Assembly (NCBI GenBank): GCA_951406725.2
Contig: OX597814.1
Location: 104,966,001 to 105,030,000, forward strand
Direction: 5' to 3'
Length of the DNA: 64,000 nucleotides
Source of the DNA: Octopus vulgaris
Lineage: Eukaryota
Of the stretch, positions 1-13,740 are shown piece by piece. Numbering within the stretch: the stretch's first letter is position 1; each line of letters opens with the position of its first letter. Position numbers and translations under genes: made by a program. The notes beneath the pieces were generated by a model. That model saw only the letters and a program-made list of their open reading frames with translations. It searched no databases and had not been told where the DNA came from.

Positions 1-156
1 TAATTGATAATTTTCTGAATAATTCTGAGATTGAATCGGCAGTTTATATTTACTGCTGATAAGTTTGGCGCGAATACGTCGGTCTTGAAAATTTTAAGAC
101 AGATATTCTGGAGGCATCGATACAGACGCCTCGTGTATATTTGTCTCTCCCAGGTT

Positions 157-254
157 TTTTACTGATGAAGTGTGACCTATGGTAGATTGGCTTAATTTAA
201 TTTAATTAAGCTAATTTAATCATCAATAACACAGAAACGATGCATCGTCTAAAA
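157..254 (+). ncRNA. Type-I hammerhead ribozyme motif with long stem II (PLE pseudo-LTR type)
   Basis: TTTTA-CTGATGA(162-168)-A-GTGT...ACAC-A-GAAAC(234-238)-GATGCATC-GTC|TAAAA; stem I TTTTA/TAAAA; stem III is the palindrome ACGATGCATCGT; predicted cleavage after C249. Confidence 0.7.
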
Positions 255-376
255 GATGAATTAGGGTAAATGTTTTTAAATTTTCACCTAATTTCTGAAT
301 TACTACTACTTGGCGGTGTGAGTTATGGCTGCTCTCTCTGGTGGACGAATGGCCTGTTAAGGTCACTCCTAAATTG

Positions 377-441
<65 letters not shown>

Positions 442-540
442 CACACACATATATATAATAAAATATTAGGGAATAAATCCAAACTTACAGGGAAAAATCA
501 GATTTAGGATTGAATCCAATTTTATAGTAAAATATTATAT

Positions 541-922
541 TATATTAAATTAGAGATAAAACCACTATTAGGCAAATCAAACAATGAAAAACTTAAGACA
601 ATACATAAAATTAATTAATTTATATTATTTTAAATATATATCAAAAGTATTAAAAGTTTAATAAAAGATAATGAGTAAAACACTACGATCGTTTCATTGC
701 TAAACCTCGCTAAGATAAATATTTCAATTACCTGAAGATTGACTGTAACCATAACTCGAATTATTACGAATTGGACAGCCATGAAACGATCGTAGTGTTT
801 TACTCTCTTTTATTAAACTTTTAATACTTTTGATATATATTTAAAATAATATAAATTAATTAATTTTATGTATTGGCTTAAGTTTTTCATTGTTTGATTT
901 GCCTAATAGTGGTTTTATCTAA

Positions 923-930
<8 letters not shown>
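541..930. repeat. Inverted repeat (arms ~541-697 and ~781-930) of PLE pseudo-LTR type, with HHR motif at 728-798 (+)
   Basis: 781-930 is the reverse complement of 541-697 with few differences; CTGAAGA(732-738)...GAAAC(783-787)-GATC-GTA, palindromic ACGATCGT stem III. Confidence 0.75.
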
Positions 931-984
<54 letters not shown>

Positions 985-987
<3 letters not shown>

Positions 988-1112
988 GGGGTGTAAAAGT
1001 TCCTAGATTTCGACAAAAGAAAATACGAGAGGATCAGGTTGTTTACGATTTTTAATCGGAAGATTGGACATTTCGCGATGCTATTATAGCCAGGGACTTT
1101 TCAGCTCCCTTC
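985..1112. mobile_element. Short mariner-type MITE remnant
   Basis: Imperfect terminal inverted repeats GAAGGGGTGTAAAAGTTCCTAG ... AGCCAGGGACTTTTCAGCTCCCTTC next to a (TA)n tract. Confidence 0.5.
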
Positions 1113-1323
1113 TTTTGTTTTTATACAAAAGAAAGGGATGACATCGGAAGAGCCAAATGTTACGTCTTGATCTTCAGTAGTATACACTTCTTTCTGCCAT
1201 AAGATGAGGTCGACTCTTGGCTGAGTACCAAGATAGCATTCTATAGCTTTACCAGAGCCTTGAATGTGACGTGCGTTTTATTTGGGAAGCTACTTCTTCA
1301 GAACATTGTTCTGAACATTCAAG

Positions 1324-1400
1324 GTTCTGACGAAGCTATAGAGTTGTTCTGGTGCTCATCTAAGAGTCCACCACATTTCATGGTTGAAACAACTGTAAGC
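1324..1400 (+). ncRNA. Degenerate hammerhead motif (same family as 2891-2945)
   Basis: GTT-CTGACGA-AGCTATA...TGGTT-GAAAC-AACT-GTA|AGC; shares AGCTATA/GAGTCCAC and downstream context with 2891-2945. Confidence 0.45.
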
Positions 1401-1468
1401 TAATAAAGGTCATTATATAATTTTTTTTTCAGTGTCATCACTTCCTTTCTAATTACTACTCTATACCC

Positions 1469-1875
<407 letters not shown>

Positions 1876-1983
1876 ATACTCATATAACATTGTGTTCTGG
1901 ACCATACCTATATTGAATTGTTAATATATACGTATGTGTGTGTGTGTGTGTGTGTGTGTGAATATATATATATATATATATAC

Positions 1984-2184
1984 ATATACTTTATTTAAAA
2001 GCAGCAGAAATTCAACAAAACCTGTTACTCGGAGTTAACAAAACTGTCCGACGAACGGGAACGTGAAACTCCGAGTAACAGGTTTTGTTGAATTTCTGCT
2101 GCTTTTAAATAAAGTATATTACTCTACCCCTGGTATTTGAGTACTGTTTTTCCACCTTGTTTCACATTTATGTGTTTACTCCGG

Positions 2185-2190
<6 letters not shown>
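1984..2190 (+). repeat. PLE pseudo-LTR-like inverted repeat (1984-2036 / 2067-2119) containing a compact HHR at 2045-2080
   Basis: TGT-CCGACGA-ACG[GGAA]CGT-GAAAC-TCCGA-GTA|ACA; arms are exact reverse complements. Confidence 0.75.
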
Positions 2191-2233
<43 letters not shown>

Positions 2234-2713
2234 CTATGCATATATGTATATCGGTGTGTCTGTGTGTATGTGTGTATATGTGTATGTACATATATGTGTG
2301 TGTGAGTGTGTGTGTCTGTGTGCTTGCAACGCACGTACATATCTTTTGATTTTTAGATCTAATTACGCTTTATCTAAATCTGGATATACCCATCTTTATT
2401 CATATTTCTAAATTAATCTTATTCTATTTAAGGGAGTAGCCGTTGATTTTCATCCCTCACATACGTTTTGTCTTGCTCAGTGGTAATGATTTTCCTAAAC
2501 ACACACACACATACACACGCACAGATTCACAGATACAGACACACTGACACACACACACATATATAATGCAAATAAGTAACAGAGGATGTCCAGGTATAAA
2601 GTGGCTTCATTTAATCGATCAATGAAAAGATTTCCAACATGAAGGATAAACCATTATTTTTAGCAAAATTCCATCAGTACGAGATACTAAAATATTTACA
2701 TTGTTTCCTTTTG

Positions 2714-2759
<46 letters not shown>

Positions 2760-2769
2760 TGTTTCCTTT

Positions 2770-2804
<35 letters not shown>

Positions 2805-2810
2805 TGTTTT

Positions 2811-2846
<36 letters not shown>

Positions 2847-2890
2847 TAAATGTAATTCTTTCCCCAGATAAACTGCACTTCATATTCTAG

Positions 2891-2945
2891 GCTCCGATGA
2901 AGCTATATGAGTCCACTGCAACTTATAGCAGAAACAGTCATAAGG
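2891..2945 (+). ncRNA. Degenerate hammerhead motif
   Basis: GCT-CCGATGA-A-GCTATA...TATAGC-A-GAAAC-AGTC-ATA; stem II perfect, stem III and cleavage site mutated. Confidence 0.4.
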
Positions 2946-3472
2946 TAATGAAGTTCATACTATAATAGTTTTTTCTTTGTTATCTCATTTTCTTTTACAC
3001 ACACACACACACACACACTCTCACACACACACATATGAAGAAAGAAAGATAGAAGGAAAGGAAGAGCATGAGGAATGGGGTATAACAAATGAAAGGGAAA
3101 TGAAAGAATTGAGACAATAACGATGTCGATATAAAAACATTATACTATATAAAACATACATGAAATATCTATTTATATAGAATTTTTTGTATGGGAATAT
3201 TTCTATGTAATGCATTGGTCACATACAATGAGTAGCTAGAAGGCTTCCTTTGTGCTGACTCTTCACAATTGAAACCAAATGTTCCATCTAATTTGGTCGA
3301 CTTGCACAGATTATTCCCTACTTAACAAATACGGCATCCTCCATATGGAAACCATTTCTATCACAGCCGCCGATTTACACTCGCTCACTCTTTCTCTGAA
3401 TATATGCGAACAGTCCAACCAAATGTGATTCACAGAATGAGTGTGATACGCTTTAAACCAATTTTATTATTA

Positions 3473-3505
<33 letters not shown>

Positions 3506-3837
3506 CTATTATTGTTGTTGCTGTCGCTGCTGTTTTCCATGTTACGTGGTCTAGTCTGTTTGTAGATCTTGTTGACTCATGTCTCTATCAGAATCATGAA
3601 TCTAAGTCTGAAATATAAAAGTAATAAAATTTGAGGAATTTCGTTTATTGCCATGAATTTTCGTGTAGCAACCTTCTGGAAGGTGTATTTTATGTTCTGC
3701 AGAGAAGAAAGAAATGATCGCACTAGGCTGATGGACGTGCAGATGAATTCCTTCACAAGTGCACACACAAAACACACACACATGAGCTCGCACTTATGCG
3801 CATAAAATAGTCAGCAAATGCTAGGCATTACATAATA

Positions 3838-3935
<98 letters not shown>

Positions 3936-4079
3936 CACGTTTATGCACATGTGTTGCAAGATTCCTGATTTGAAGTCGTGTGTTGAAACAACTATTGTTG
4001 TGTTTCGGTATACTTGTTTTTTTCCAGATGAACTATAGTGCATGTGTTTGGAAAAAATGATCAACCTTAGATACAATAT

Positions 4080-4114
<35 letters not shown>

Positions 4115-4276
4115 ATATGTATGTATATATGTATGTATATATGTATGTATTGTATATGTATATACACCCCGCACACACACAGACATATTCGGTTTAGGAC
4201 ATAGCTGCAAAACAAGGTGGAAAAAATACTCGAATGTCAATGGTTGAGTAACAGATTGAACTTAGTATCATCACAA

Positions 4277-4314
4277 TTGTCTGATGAACGGTTGAGTGAA
4301 ACTCTGAGTAACAG
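4277..4314 (+). ncRNA. Compact hammerhead ribozyme motif (relative of 2045-2080)
   Basis: TTGT-CTGATGA-AC[GGTTGA]GT-GAAAC-TCTGA-GTA|ACAG; 4200-4250 resembles the reverse complement of the 2120-2180 tail. Confidence 0.7.
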
Positions 4315-4531
4315 TCTGTGAAGATTTATTCAGTTTTAATGAAAGAGTAAACACACACACACATGCGCACACACAATTATACCGACCAACTAAATACATC
4401 AAGTATCCATTTCATCTCCAGTTCCATCATAATTCCACTACATATATAAACGCCCTGCAGGCCAGGTATCCAGCCCGATAAGTTTTAGGTCGCGAGAAAA
4501 TAACTTACTTTTATTTATATTAAGTGCAAGG

Positions 4532-4921
4532 AAGGTGGCGAGCTGGCAGAAACGCTAGCGCGTCGGGCGAAATGCTTAGAGGTATTTCATCTGCCGTTAC
4601 GTTCTGAGTTCAAATTCCACCGAGGTCGACTTTGTCTTTCATCCTTTCGGAGTCGATTAAATAAGTATCAGTTACGCACTGGGGTCGATATAATCGACTT
4701 AATCCGTTTGTCTGTCCTTGTTTGTCCTCTCTATGTTTAGCCCCTTGTGGGTAGTAAAGAAATAGGTATTTCATTGGTCTTTACGTTCTTAGTTCAAATT
4801 CCGCCGAAGTTGACTTTGCCTTTCGGGGTCGATAAAAAAAGTACCAGTTGCATACTAGGGTCGATCTAATCGACTGGGCCCTTCCCCCAAAATTTCGGGC
4901 CTTGTGCTTTGAGTAGAAAAG
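4532..4921 (+). mobile_element. tRNA-derived SINE, dimeric, Meta/MESC-like central domain
   Basis: GGCGAGCTGGCAGAAAC A-box-like head, GAGTTCAAATTCC B box, GTCGACTTTG-CTTTCATCCTTTCGG-GTCGAT-AAATAAGTA core repeated twice; other copies in window. Confidence 0.85.
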
Positions 4922-5267
4922 TATATTAATTGCAAGGAAAATACAAGTTGCAAAAACTGTTTTAACAACACGAAACGAAAAATAACTGTGGAGATTTTTA
5001 ATATATATATATATATGTATGCATGTATGTATGTATATAAGTCGATGTATTGGAGAAGGTTGAAATTCCTATCCAGGTTTGAAACCCTGGGCATTCTTTT
5101 GCTTTATTCAGTACTTATCGGATCTCGGTTAATTTCTTAAATAAAAACAATTATCCAAGGCTGATAATAGCTTCCGGTGACCGTTCAGTCTTGAGCGATC
5201 ACTGAATAAAATTTACTTCCCAGGGACATTTTCAATAATTTTGAATGAATGTAGTAAAACCAGGATG

Positions 5268-5300
<33 letters not shown>

Positions 5301-6667
5301 AAGTATGTATGAATGTATGTATGTACGTATGTGTGTATGTGTGTGTGTGCCTTTGTATTGTTTCCAACTTTCAACATTGCTACTGCTGTTCTTTCTTCTA
5401 CCTCTACTCTGTTACTCTCTCTCTGCTGTCTATTAAATAGATAATAGAACAATATTTCATTGGGATCCTGTTGCAGTATCGAAATGAATCTGGTGTTCCG
5501 TGAAGATTAATATCTCCTTAATTAGTAATAACGAAAAATAACGAAAAATAACGAACAGGTCAGCAAATGTTAAAATTACCTCGGAGTCATGGGGAAAATA
5601 TCTTCGTGTTGCCGCCCAATTCTTTCCGATTAATTATAATTGGAAGCAGCCATTAATATGAATAGTAAACCCTTTGGACCATTCACGGTTTGTATAGAAT
5701 CTATACAAAACCCTTTTATGATGAATTAACTGACGACTTGTGATGCCTTTTCGAATGTTTGCTGTAAGCGATGAGTAGTCTCTGTCGGCAACCTACTTCA
5801 AACTACTTCTCTCGCAACCTTTCATGGCTAATTAAGAAATTATTCTTTAAGACAACTTCTTCATGGAGTACGAAAAAGAATACATAAACAAGAAAATAAA
5901 CAAACAAGCAAATATATAAATATAAAAAGTAAGGAAATGAAGAATTTCATGTAAGAAAATATTTGCTGTGGAACTTGATTCATCACTTCAGCTATTTTAT
6001 CCAACAGGCCTCAACAAAAACACAAACAACTTCGAGTTCACCTGATTTATCATTCTAGTGTCTTTTCTTGTGAATTTCGTTTCCCTAAAGTGATGTACAC
6101 ATCATTATAAAAGCGTCGGTTAAACAACCGAAAATGATAAATAAAAACAAAATGTAAATAATAGTAATACATAGCAAGGCCAAATTCTCAAGTTATTATA
6201 ATGCCTTTAATTACACTGGCAAACGAAATTATGCAATATCATTTTACAAGCAAGAAAAAAAAATGTATTTGTTGCAAAAATAACAAGAAATGTAATTTTT
6301 ATGGCAATTGCTTATCATGCTGTGGCAAAGAAAATTCTCTCAATGCATATTAATTACAGCAGCTTGTTCTGCTGAAATATTATTCATGTTGCAAGAGAAA
6401 CAACCGCAATTAAATGGGAGGGGGGTGTTCAGCATCGGTTATTGAGAATCTATGAGTCAACACATTCCAGACTGCTACTCCCCTGGATGGTATGTAAACG
6501 ATATAATAAACTAGCAGGGATTTCGTTACATTCCCCCTTCCCTGACCCCAAAGTTAAAGGGCAACTAACAACGATACTAAGATTTCTTCAATATTTTTAG
6601 GACCCTTAAACCCATCCCAGTAAAAACTTTTTCTGCAGTTAAAAATTAATATCACGATAAAGCATTC

Positions 6668-6872
6668 AAAGTGGTGAGATGGCAGAATCGTTAGCATGGC
6701 GGAATAAATTCTTAGCGGCATTTTGTCCGGCTTTACGTTCTGAGTCCAAATGCCGCCTTTTTCTTTTCATCCTTTCGGGGTTGATAAAATAAATAAGACT
6801 GAAGCACTGGGGTCGATGTCATCGACTCCTCCCCATACGAAATTGCTCGCCTTGTGCCCAAATTTAAAATTG
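6668..6872 (+). mobile_element. tRNA-derived SINE (same family as 4532-4921)
   Basis: Head GGTGAGATGGCAGAATCGTTAGCA, core CATCCTTTCGGGGTTGATAAAATA, tail GCCTTGTGCCCAAATTT. Confidence 0.8.
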
Positions 6873-6896
6873 ATATTTCTGCAAAGAATCTATACT

Positions 6897-7712
6897 AGGG
6901 CGAAGTGAAAATAAAAAATTGTAGAAACTAAAAATGCCTGAGAGCTAAGGTATTGTTATATTTGATTACTAGAATAATATTAAATTTTCGCTGAGATCAA
7001 TCAAGGGTATTTAGTTAGTTAGTTAGTTAATTTGGCTCAAAAGCAAATAGCAAGGCCATGTAGGGGGACATGGAGTTAAGTACAGGGTGGTGTTCATGTA
7101 AAGAGTTCAGGCCACTTGAGGTCAAGGGAGGCTTTGAACAAAGCGGTCGTCGGCATCTTCACCATCTCGTCTGGCAGCTTGTTCCACGGATCCGCAACCC
7201 GGACGGAGAAAGCTCCTCTCCTTCGACTGAGATGATATCGTCGCAGGTAGAGCTTTTCGGAATGACCCCGTAGCCGACGCTCTGGAGCAGGAGTGAAGAA
7301 CAGCTCTTTCAAGAGGTTACACTTTCCGCTTATGATGCTGTGGGCGAGAATGAGATCACCACGGCGGCGACGTTTTTCTAGAGAATAAATGTCGAGTGTC
7401 TTCAGCCTTTCTTCATAGGACAAATTTTTGAGACCATGAACCATGCGGGTAGCCAGCTTCTGGACTCTTTCGAGATGCTGTATGTCTTTGAGGAGATAAG
7501 GAGATTGTTTATTCCCTCAGACCCCACAAACTCCACTATTGTAAAAAAAATTACAAAAAGCCCCCATTTTCGGAGTTTACTGGGCTTGAGGGAGTAAATT
7601 TCCTTAATTGATCTCAGCGAACATTTAGCATTTTCCTAGTAATCAAATATGGCGATATTTTAGCCCTCAGGCATTTTCCATTTCCACAACTTTTTATTTT
7701 CACTTCACCCTA
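6897..7712. mobile_element. Fold-back MITE (long TIRs, TAGGG...CCCTA) interrupted by a CR1 fragment
   Basis: 6897-7012 is an imperfect reverse complement of 7597-7712; symmetry resumes after the LINE (TTTATTCCCTCAGACCCCACAAACTCC / GGAGTTTACTGGGCTTGAGGGAGTAAA). Confidence 0.7.
7013..7504 (-). mobile_element. CR1/L2-group LINE 3' fragment (RT C-terminus + (CTAA)n tail)
   Basis: SPYLLKDIQHLERVQKLATRMVHGLKNLSYEERLKTLDIYSLEKRRRRGDLI...RGHSEKL...FSVRVADPWNKLP, typical CR1 ORF2 end; TTAG repeat tail at 7011-7030. Confidence 0.9.
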
Positions 7713-8871
7713 ATTCTACACACAACTGATGTTGATGTTAAGCATTTAGTTGACGGATGACATTAGAGACTAATCTAATAGTTTGGTGGTTTGTGAAGAA
7801 AGGTGTCGAGGGTTAAATTTGCTTTTTAACGTTTTAATAATGAACTAATGTTGATATGCATTGGGAATATTTGTAGTTTTAATAGACTCAGAAACCAGGA
7901 AAATCAAATTTGAATTAAAGGAAAACATGTAAAGCATAAGGTAATGGATGCTATGAAGAATGGGTATATCTCAATTGACAAAAGCAGATATATATATATA
8001 TATATAAAGACAAACAATTTTTTTTAATATATAATTACTAATACACTATTCTGCACACATCCAAGAACTGTCAAAGCAAATTCGCTTACAAAACTTAGGT
8101 TCTCTTTGAGACTAAGGCAAAGACTGTGGCCCAAGATAACATGGAACCGGACCTTAAACCTTTGGCAATGCTGGCTTCACATCAACAGAGAACGCTGTCA
8201 ACCAGTTTTTATATATGCCTAAATGTATACATGTACGTACGTATATATATTCTAGTGAGCCTAGAATCATACAATTCTTTGTATGTAGAGAAATTCTTCC
8301 TAATCTTTCTAGGAATATCTTTCCAAGTAAAAAGCAAAACATTTTCTTACTTGGATTCTCATTTTTACCTAGAAAGCCCCCAAAAGCGTCTGGCTGTTAT
8401 TTTCAGAAAGTTACGAAACTGCATAAAACCTCTTAAGGAGTGGCGAAATTAGAATTTGGTTGATATTGGAATTTTCATAAACCAAAATCCTAGTCTTTTA
8501 TTGCAGTATTTTGCTCTTTTTCTGTCTGTAATTCCTAAGTTAAATTTCAGAATTATAATATTTATATCACCAAGTAGAAAGATGTTTCCCAAATTCATTG
8601 CAATCGACCTCCACTCCACCTTGATTTACACTTCAAACAACAAATAAAATATTCCATTCATTGTTACTTATTTTGATAGTATCCATAAAAGATGTCTTCT
8701 CAACAGAAAATGTTTATATCCATTACAAATGCTTCTTAATATCAACTTAATGCTTAAAACCAGCCACGAACCATTCTTGTACTTAGAAATTATTGAAGTG
8801 TATTATATGTATATATACATATACATATACATACATACATACATACATACATACATACATACATACATACA

Positions 8872-8904
<33 letters not shown>

Positions 8905-9540
8905 GTATATATATGAGAGTGCGTATATTATTGGGCTCTTGCATTGGTGCAATCAGCATTACAACTGTCTTATAATGGTAGCAATTTATCTTGGTGAGTA
9001 AATGTTAGCAATTTACGTAGAAGTGTAACACGACTTCAGTTCCTCGTTATGGCGAAATGTTCGTTTGTAGAATGAAAAATAGGTGAGCGAGGTCAGGGGT
9101 TGAAACTGAAATCTTACGATTCGTTGAGTAGAATATGGGGTTGTTTTATGGTTTTTATGTGTGCTGCAGGGAAGAAGAAGGAGGAGATTAAATAACATTT
9201 ATTTGGCACACTTGAAAGTAAAGAAGAGAGGTGACTCACATTAAGTACTCTTTCTTACAATAAAGCGCGGATACCTGCAAGTACGACTTTATACACAAAC
9301 GAGTGTGATGTAAGTGTGTGTGGTGGTGGTGGGGGTAGATATACGCCATTCTATGTCTACATATGTGTGTATCAGTATGAAAGCCACTCATATATATATA
9401 TATATTATGCGTGAATGTCGAACGATGAAAATGAGTGCTGAACACCGCATTGTTGGATAGAATTTCTTTATTTGTGTATTAAGGCACCATATATATATAT
9501 ATAGATAGATAGATAATTAAGGCTACCATGTATATATGTA

Positions 9541-9677
9541 TTCTTGTGTTTTGGGAGGGTCATTACGCTAATAATTATAACACACAAACTGGTTCAATTT
9601 CCACTTTGTTGTTAGTCAATTGATTAGATATCTAACCAAGTAATTAATCGATAATTTGTTTAATGTGGTGGTTACCT

Positions 9678-9733
<56 letters not shown>

Positions 9734-9990
9734 GAGAGAGAGCATGTCAATAAGTCACTGAAAAGGTCGCGAACAACAACGAAAGATCTTCGACTAACAA
9801 ACAACCGAGCGATTAGTTGGTTGATACCTAACAATTTGACTAACAATAAAGAAGTGGTATTGAACCTGTGTATGTGTTATTATCATTATTGGCGCAATGA
9901 CTCTTCCACTACACAAGATTTATTTCCACACGAATTCACATGCAGATCCTTGCTAACGAATTATCAATCAATATCTATTAGTCAAAATTC
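9541..9990. repeat. PLE-type inverted repeat (~9541-9640 / ~9815-9920) with decayed HHR at 9753-9795 (+)
   Basis: Arms are diverged reverse complements; AGTCA-CTGAAAA..GAAA-GATC-TTC|GACT with palindromic AAGATCTT, G8 mutated. Confidence 0.45.
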
Positions 9991-10049
9991 AACAAAGAAA
10001 TACAAATAATAATGGGGAAGGGGTTATAGTCAGACATTGACAAACATAG

Positions 10050-10810
10050 TTTATTAAGGCTTCCACTTATTTCCATCTTCAGCCTCCAGAAGTATCTCAT
10101 TGAGTGACATCCCGTTCTCTGCACGAATCATACGGTGGTAAGTCGTTCTTGGTCGTTTCCACTCGCACTTTGTTTAGCAGCAGGCACCGTTGATAGCATT
10201 CATCGGGTGAGTGTTACAGCTGGTGACCAATCCATCTCAGCCGGCCTTCCGTTACCCTTGTGCTCATTTGCTTTTCGTCAGCCATTTGGTACAACGTATC
10301 ATTGCTAACATGGTCGTTTAGGATACCTGATATATTTTCCTCGAGTTTCTTGTGTGAAAAGCGTTCACATTGGCCCTTTGCCGGTTCGTATTCGTCACCC
10401 ATCTCTTGCATCCATATGTAAAAAATTGGAAGACAGAGTTTTTTACATCTTCATCTTCGTTGTTGGGTTGATGTCAAACGAGCAGAGGTGTTGAAGGTAC
10501 GACATTGCTCCACACACCGCTCTCCTCCTGTCGATGATGACACTGCTTGAGCTGTGAGAGACACCAGTTATAATCGATCCAATCTAAGTGAATTTATCAA
10601 CCCTGGATAACTATTTTTCCCTTTGCCCAAACGCTTTTTCTTTCGTCTGTGTTTACATTAATGTCTTCGATTCGTTTATTTCTAGCTCCACAGTCTTTAC
10701 TTCTTGCATCACACGATCCAAGTAGCCCTGTGCTTCTTTGAGGATGATATTATCTGCAAACGCGAGATAGGCCAACTTATGTAACTCTGATATGCGAGTG
10801 TTAGCTGAGA
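10050..10810 (-). mobile_element. Decayed RTE-clade LINE, RT and C-terminal region
   Basis: LAYLAFADNII (YADD-equivalent), LEINESKT, DHVSNDTLY...RLRWIGH, KRPRTTY; many stops and frameshifts. Confidence 0.75.
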
Positions 10811-10939
10811 ATATGTGGTCTGATGAAATGGGAGGGAATTGAGGCAAGAAAACTTTCATGTATGAGTTGCAGCAGTCATCACATGATCCAAGTTTCAAAC
10901 AACTTGCAGATGCAAGTGCTACCAGTTGAAAGCTCTGCA

Positions 10940-11792
10940 TACCAGGCGCCACCAAGTTTGTGGGGTAATCAGGAGAGAATGCACGCCGTTTCAGAGCTTA
11001 CCTCTTTACGGCAACATTGCGCACCGGTCCCCGTCACTGAAATGAGCATTGAAGATAACCTTAAGGACCAGATTGTTTCTCCATATATATTCAATGCCAA
11101 TGAGAAGTTAGAAAGAATATGTTTCAGTGCTCCGACATTTCCGCATCTGCACGTGTCATTTTCTGAGACGTTCCATCTTTCTAGATTCGTAGGCGATATC
11201 AAGACATCGCAGGATGAACGAATCAGAAAACTTAGACGTGATGTAGTCCACCCCGTATCTCAGTCCAATTGATTTTTCTCTTAACAATATGTTCCTCCCA
11301 TTTCATCACCTGTCCTTGTTGAGAGCATTGGATCAACTGAAGCTCTCGTCTTTCTGTTTCCTTTGTTTTGACATTGTTGCTAACAACAGATCTGCGTTCG
11401 CTCCGTATCATACTCGCAAACGGTCTGAACCAATCTGCGCCAAATCCAAGTCCCTCGGTGTGTAAGTGAAGACATAATGTCATCAGTCTCTGCTTGTGCT
11501 TTCCAATTCAAGGCTGTTTTTAGATCTAGTGGATTACGCCTGATTTCTAAGTCCTTCGAATCTCTCAGCATCATCACCGTTCGTACCTTCTCTAGTTATT
11601 AAATTTCGATTATTGACGCCAGTGATAACTCCAACGAGCCTCTTTTACGATAAAGAGCCGAACTGTTCAATATACGAGGTAGGTCTAGCCACTTTCCAAT
11701 GAATGCATTACGCTTTTGTTCAATGATATGAACTCGTGACAGCACCAGCTCGTATATTAGAAGTGGTCACAAAAGGCGCGGATGCAAGTCGA
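10940..11792 (-). mobile_element. Decayed restriction-like-endonuclease non-LTR element (HERO/NeSL-like), thumb to CCHC region
   Basis: PRLL-PLLIYELVLSRV..KWLDLPRILNSSALY, VRTVMMLRDSKD, GLGFG, QQGQVMKWE, SPTNLERWNVSENDTCRCGNVGALKHILSN. Confidence 0.75.
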
Positions 11793-11795
11793 TAT

Positions 11796-12269
<474 letters not shown>

Positions 12270-13418
12270 GTATATACATACACACACACACACACATATG
12301 TATATATACATACATACCACTAATACTCATCCTGTCAGGTGTATAAGACTACATTTCAATTATTTAGTATTTAACAAGTATGGCGGTGAATTAGCAAATT
12401 GTTCGGAGCGTGAGAGAGAATGCCTTGTGCTGTGAGTTCAAACTCTACCGATATCAAATCTACCTTTCAAATTTATGGGGGCAGGGCAATAAAAAAGTAC
12501 GACTGTCCGGCCGGGAAATGGCAAAACTTTGCAGAATTCTCCTTGGCACTTTGCGCTCTAAATCAAAAACTGCCTTCTTTCACGGACCTCCCGTGACCGG
12601 GTCCCTGCCGTTGATAGGTTATCGGTAATCGGTATTGGACCGAGCGGTATGTTGATTCGATTAACATCAAGGACATATTAGTCAATGCAGGGATTTTACG
12701 TTACAATGTCTCCATGAATGTGGAACATCTACTCCGTGGGATAACAGTTAAAACGGGCAAATAGGTGTTCAACGGACAAACAGGTGTTAACGGCTAAATA
12801 GGTGCTTATGTCAGACATATAACAATTAGAACTAACTGACCATAAATCAGTTGCCAATTAAGACCATTAGCAGTGTCTGTGTTAAATTGTTGTTGGTATA
12901 TTATTAGAATTCCTACTTCGATAAAGTCAATCTGAAACAATTTAGTCTGGAGTCATGTTGGGAGGAAATCGTGTATTTCGAAGGGATCGCGGATCCTCTT
13001 GCTCTGTAGACTAATCGACGCGGAGCCTCTTCCACAGATATCGTGTGTGCATGTGTGTGTATGTGTGTGTGTGTGTGCGTGCGTGCACGAGAGTGTGTGT
13101 GCGTTTGCGTGTGTGCGTGAGTTTGTGTGCGTGCGCGTGTGTGTGTTTGTGTGTGTGTGCGTTTGCGTGTGCGCGTGTGTGAGCGTGCGTGTGTATGTGT
13201 AAGTGTGTTTGTGTGTGTGTGTTTGTGAGTGTGCGAGAGAGTATGTCTATATGTTTGCGCGTGTGTGTGTATATGTGTGTGTGCGAGAGTGTATATGTAT
13301 ATGTTTGCGTGTGTGTGTGTGTGTCAAAGTTCTCTTGTATTCTACTATCCTCATAAGTTCAGAATGAAAAAAATTTGTGCTGTTTCAATATTTTCCTATA
13401 TATACTTGTGTGTGTATA

Positions 13419-13488
<70 letters not shown>

Positions 13489-13540
13489 TTTGCGTGTGTG
13501 TTTGTGTATGTATACAGATACAAAAAATACAGAGTTGAGG

Positions 13541-13577
13541 AAATTGAAAACGCAAATGGCAGGCAATCAAAATATAC

Positions 13578-13654
<77 letters not shown>

Positions 13655-13740
13655 CATATATATATGTGTGTGTGTGTGTGAATGTGTGTGCGTGTGCATG
13701 TAAATGTATATTTGATTGCAAGCCATTTGCGTTTTCAATT
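13541..13740. repeat. Fold-back: ~43-bp unique arms around a symmetric (CA)n(TA)n(TG)n spacer
   Basis: AATTGAAAACGCAAATGGCAGGCAATCAAAATATACATTTACA / TGTAAATGTATATTTGATTGCAAGCCATTTGCGTTTTCAATT. Confidence 0.75.
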
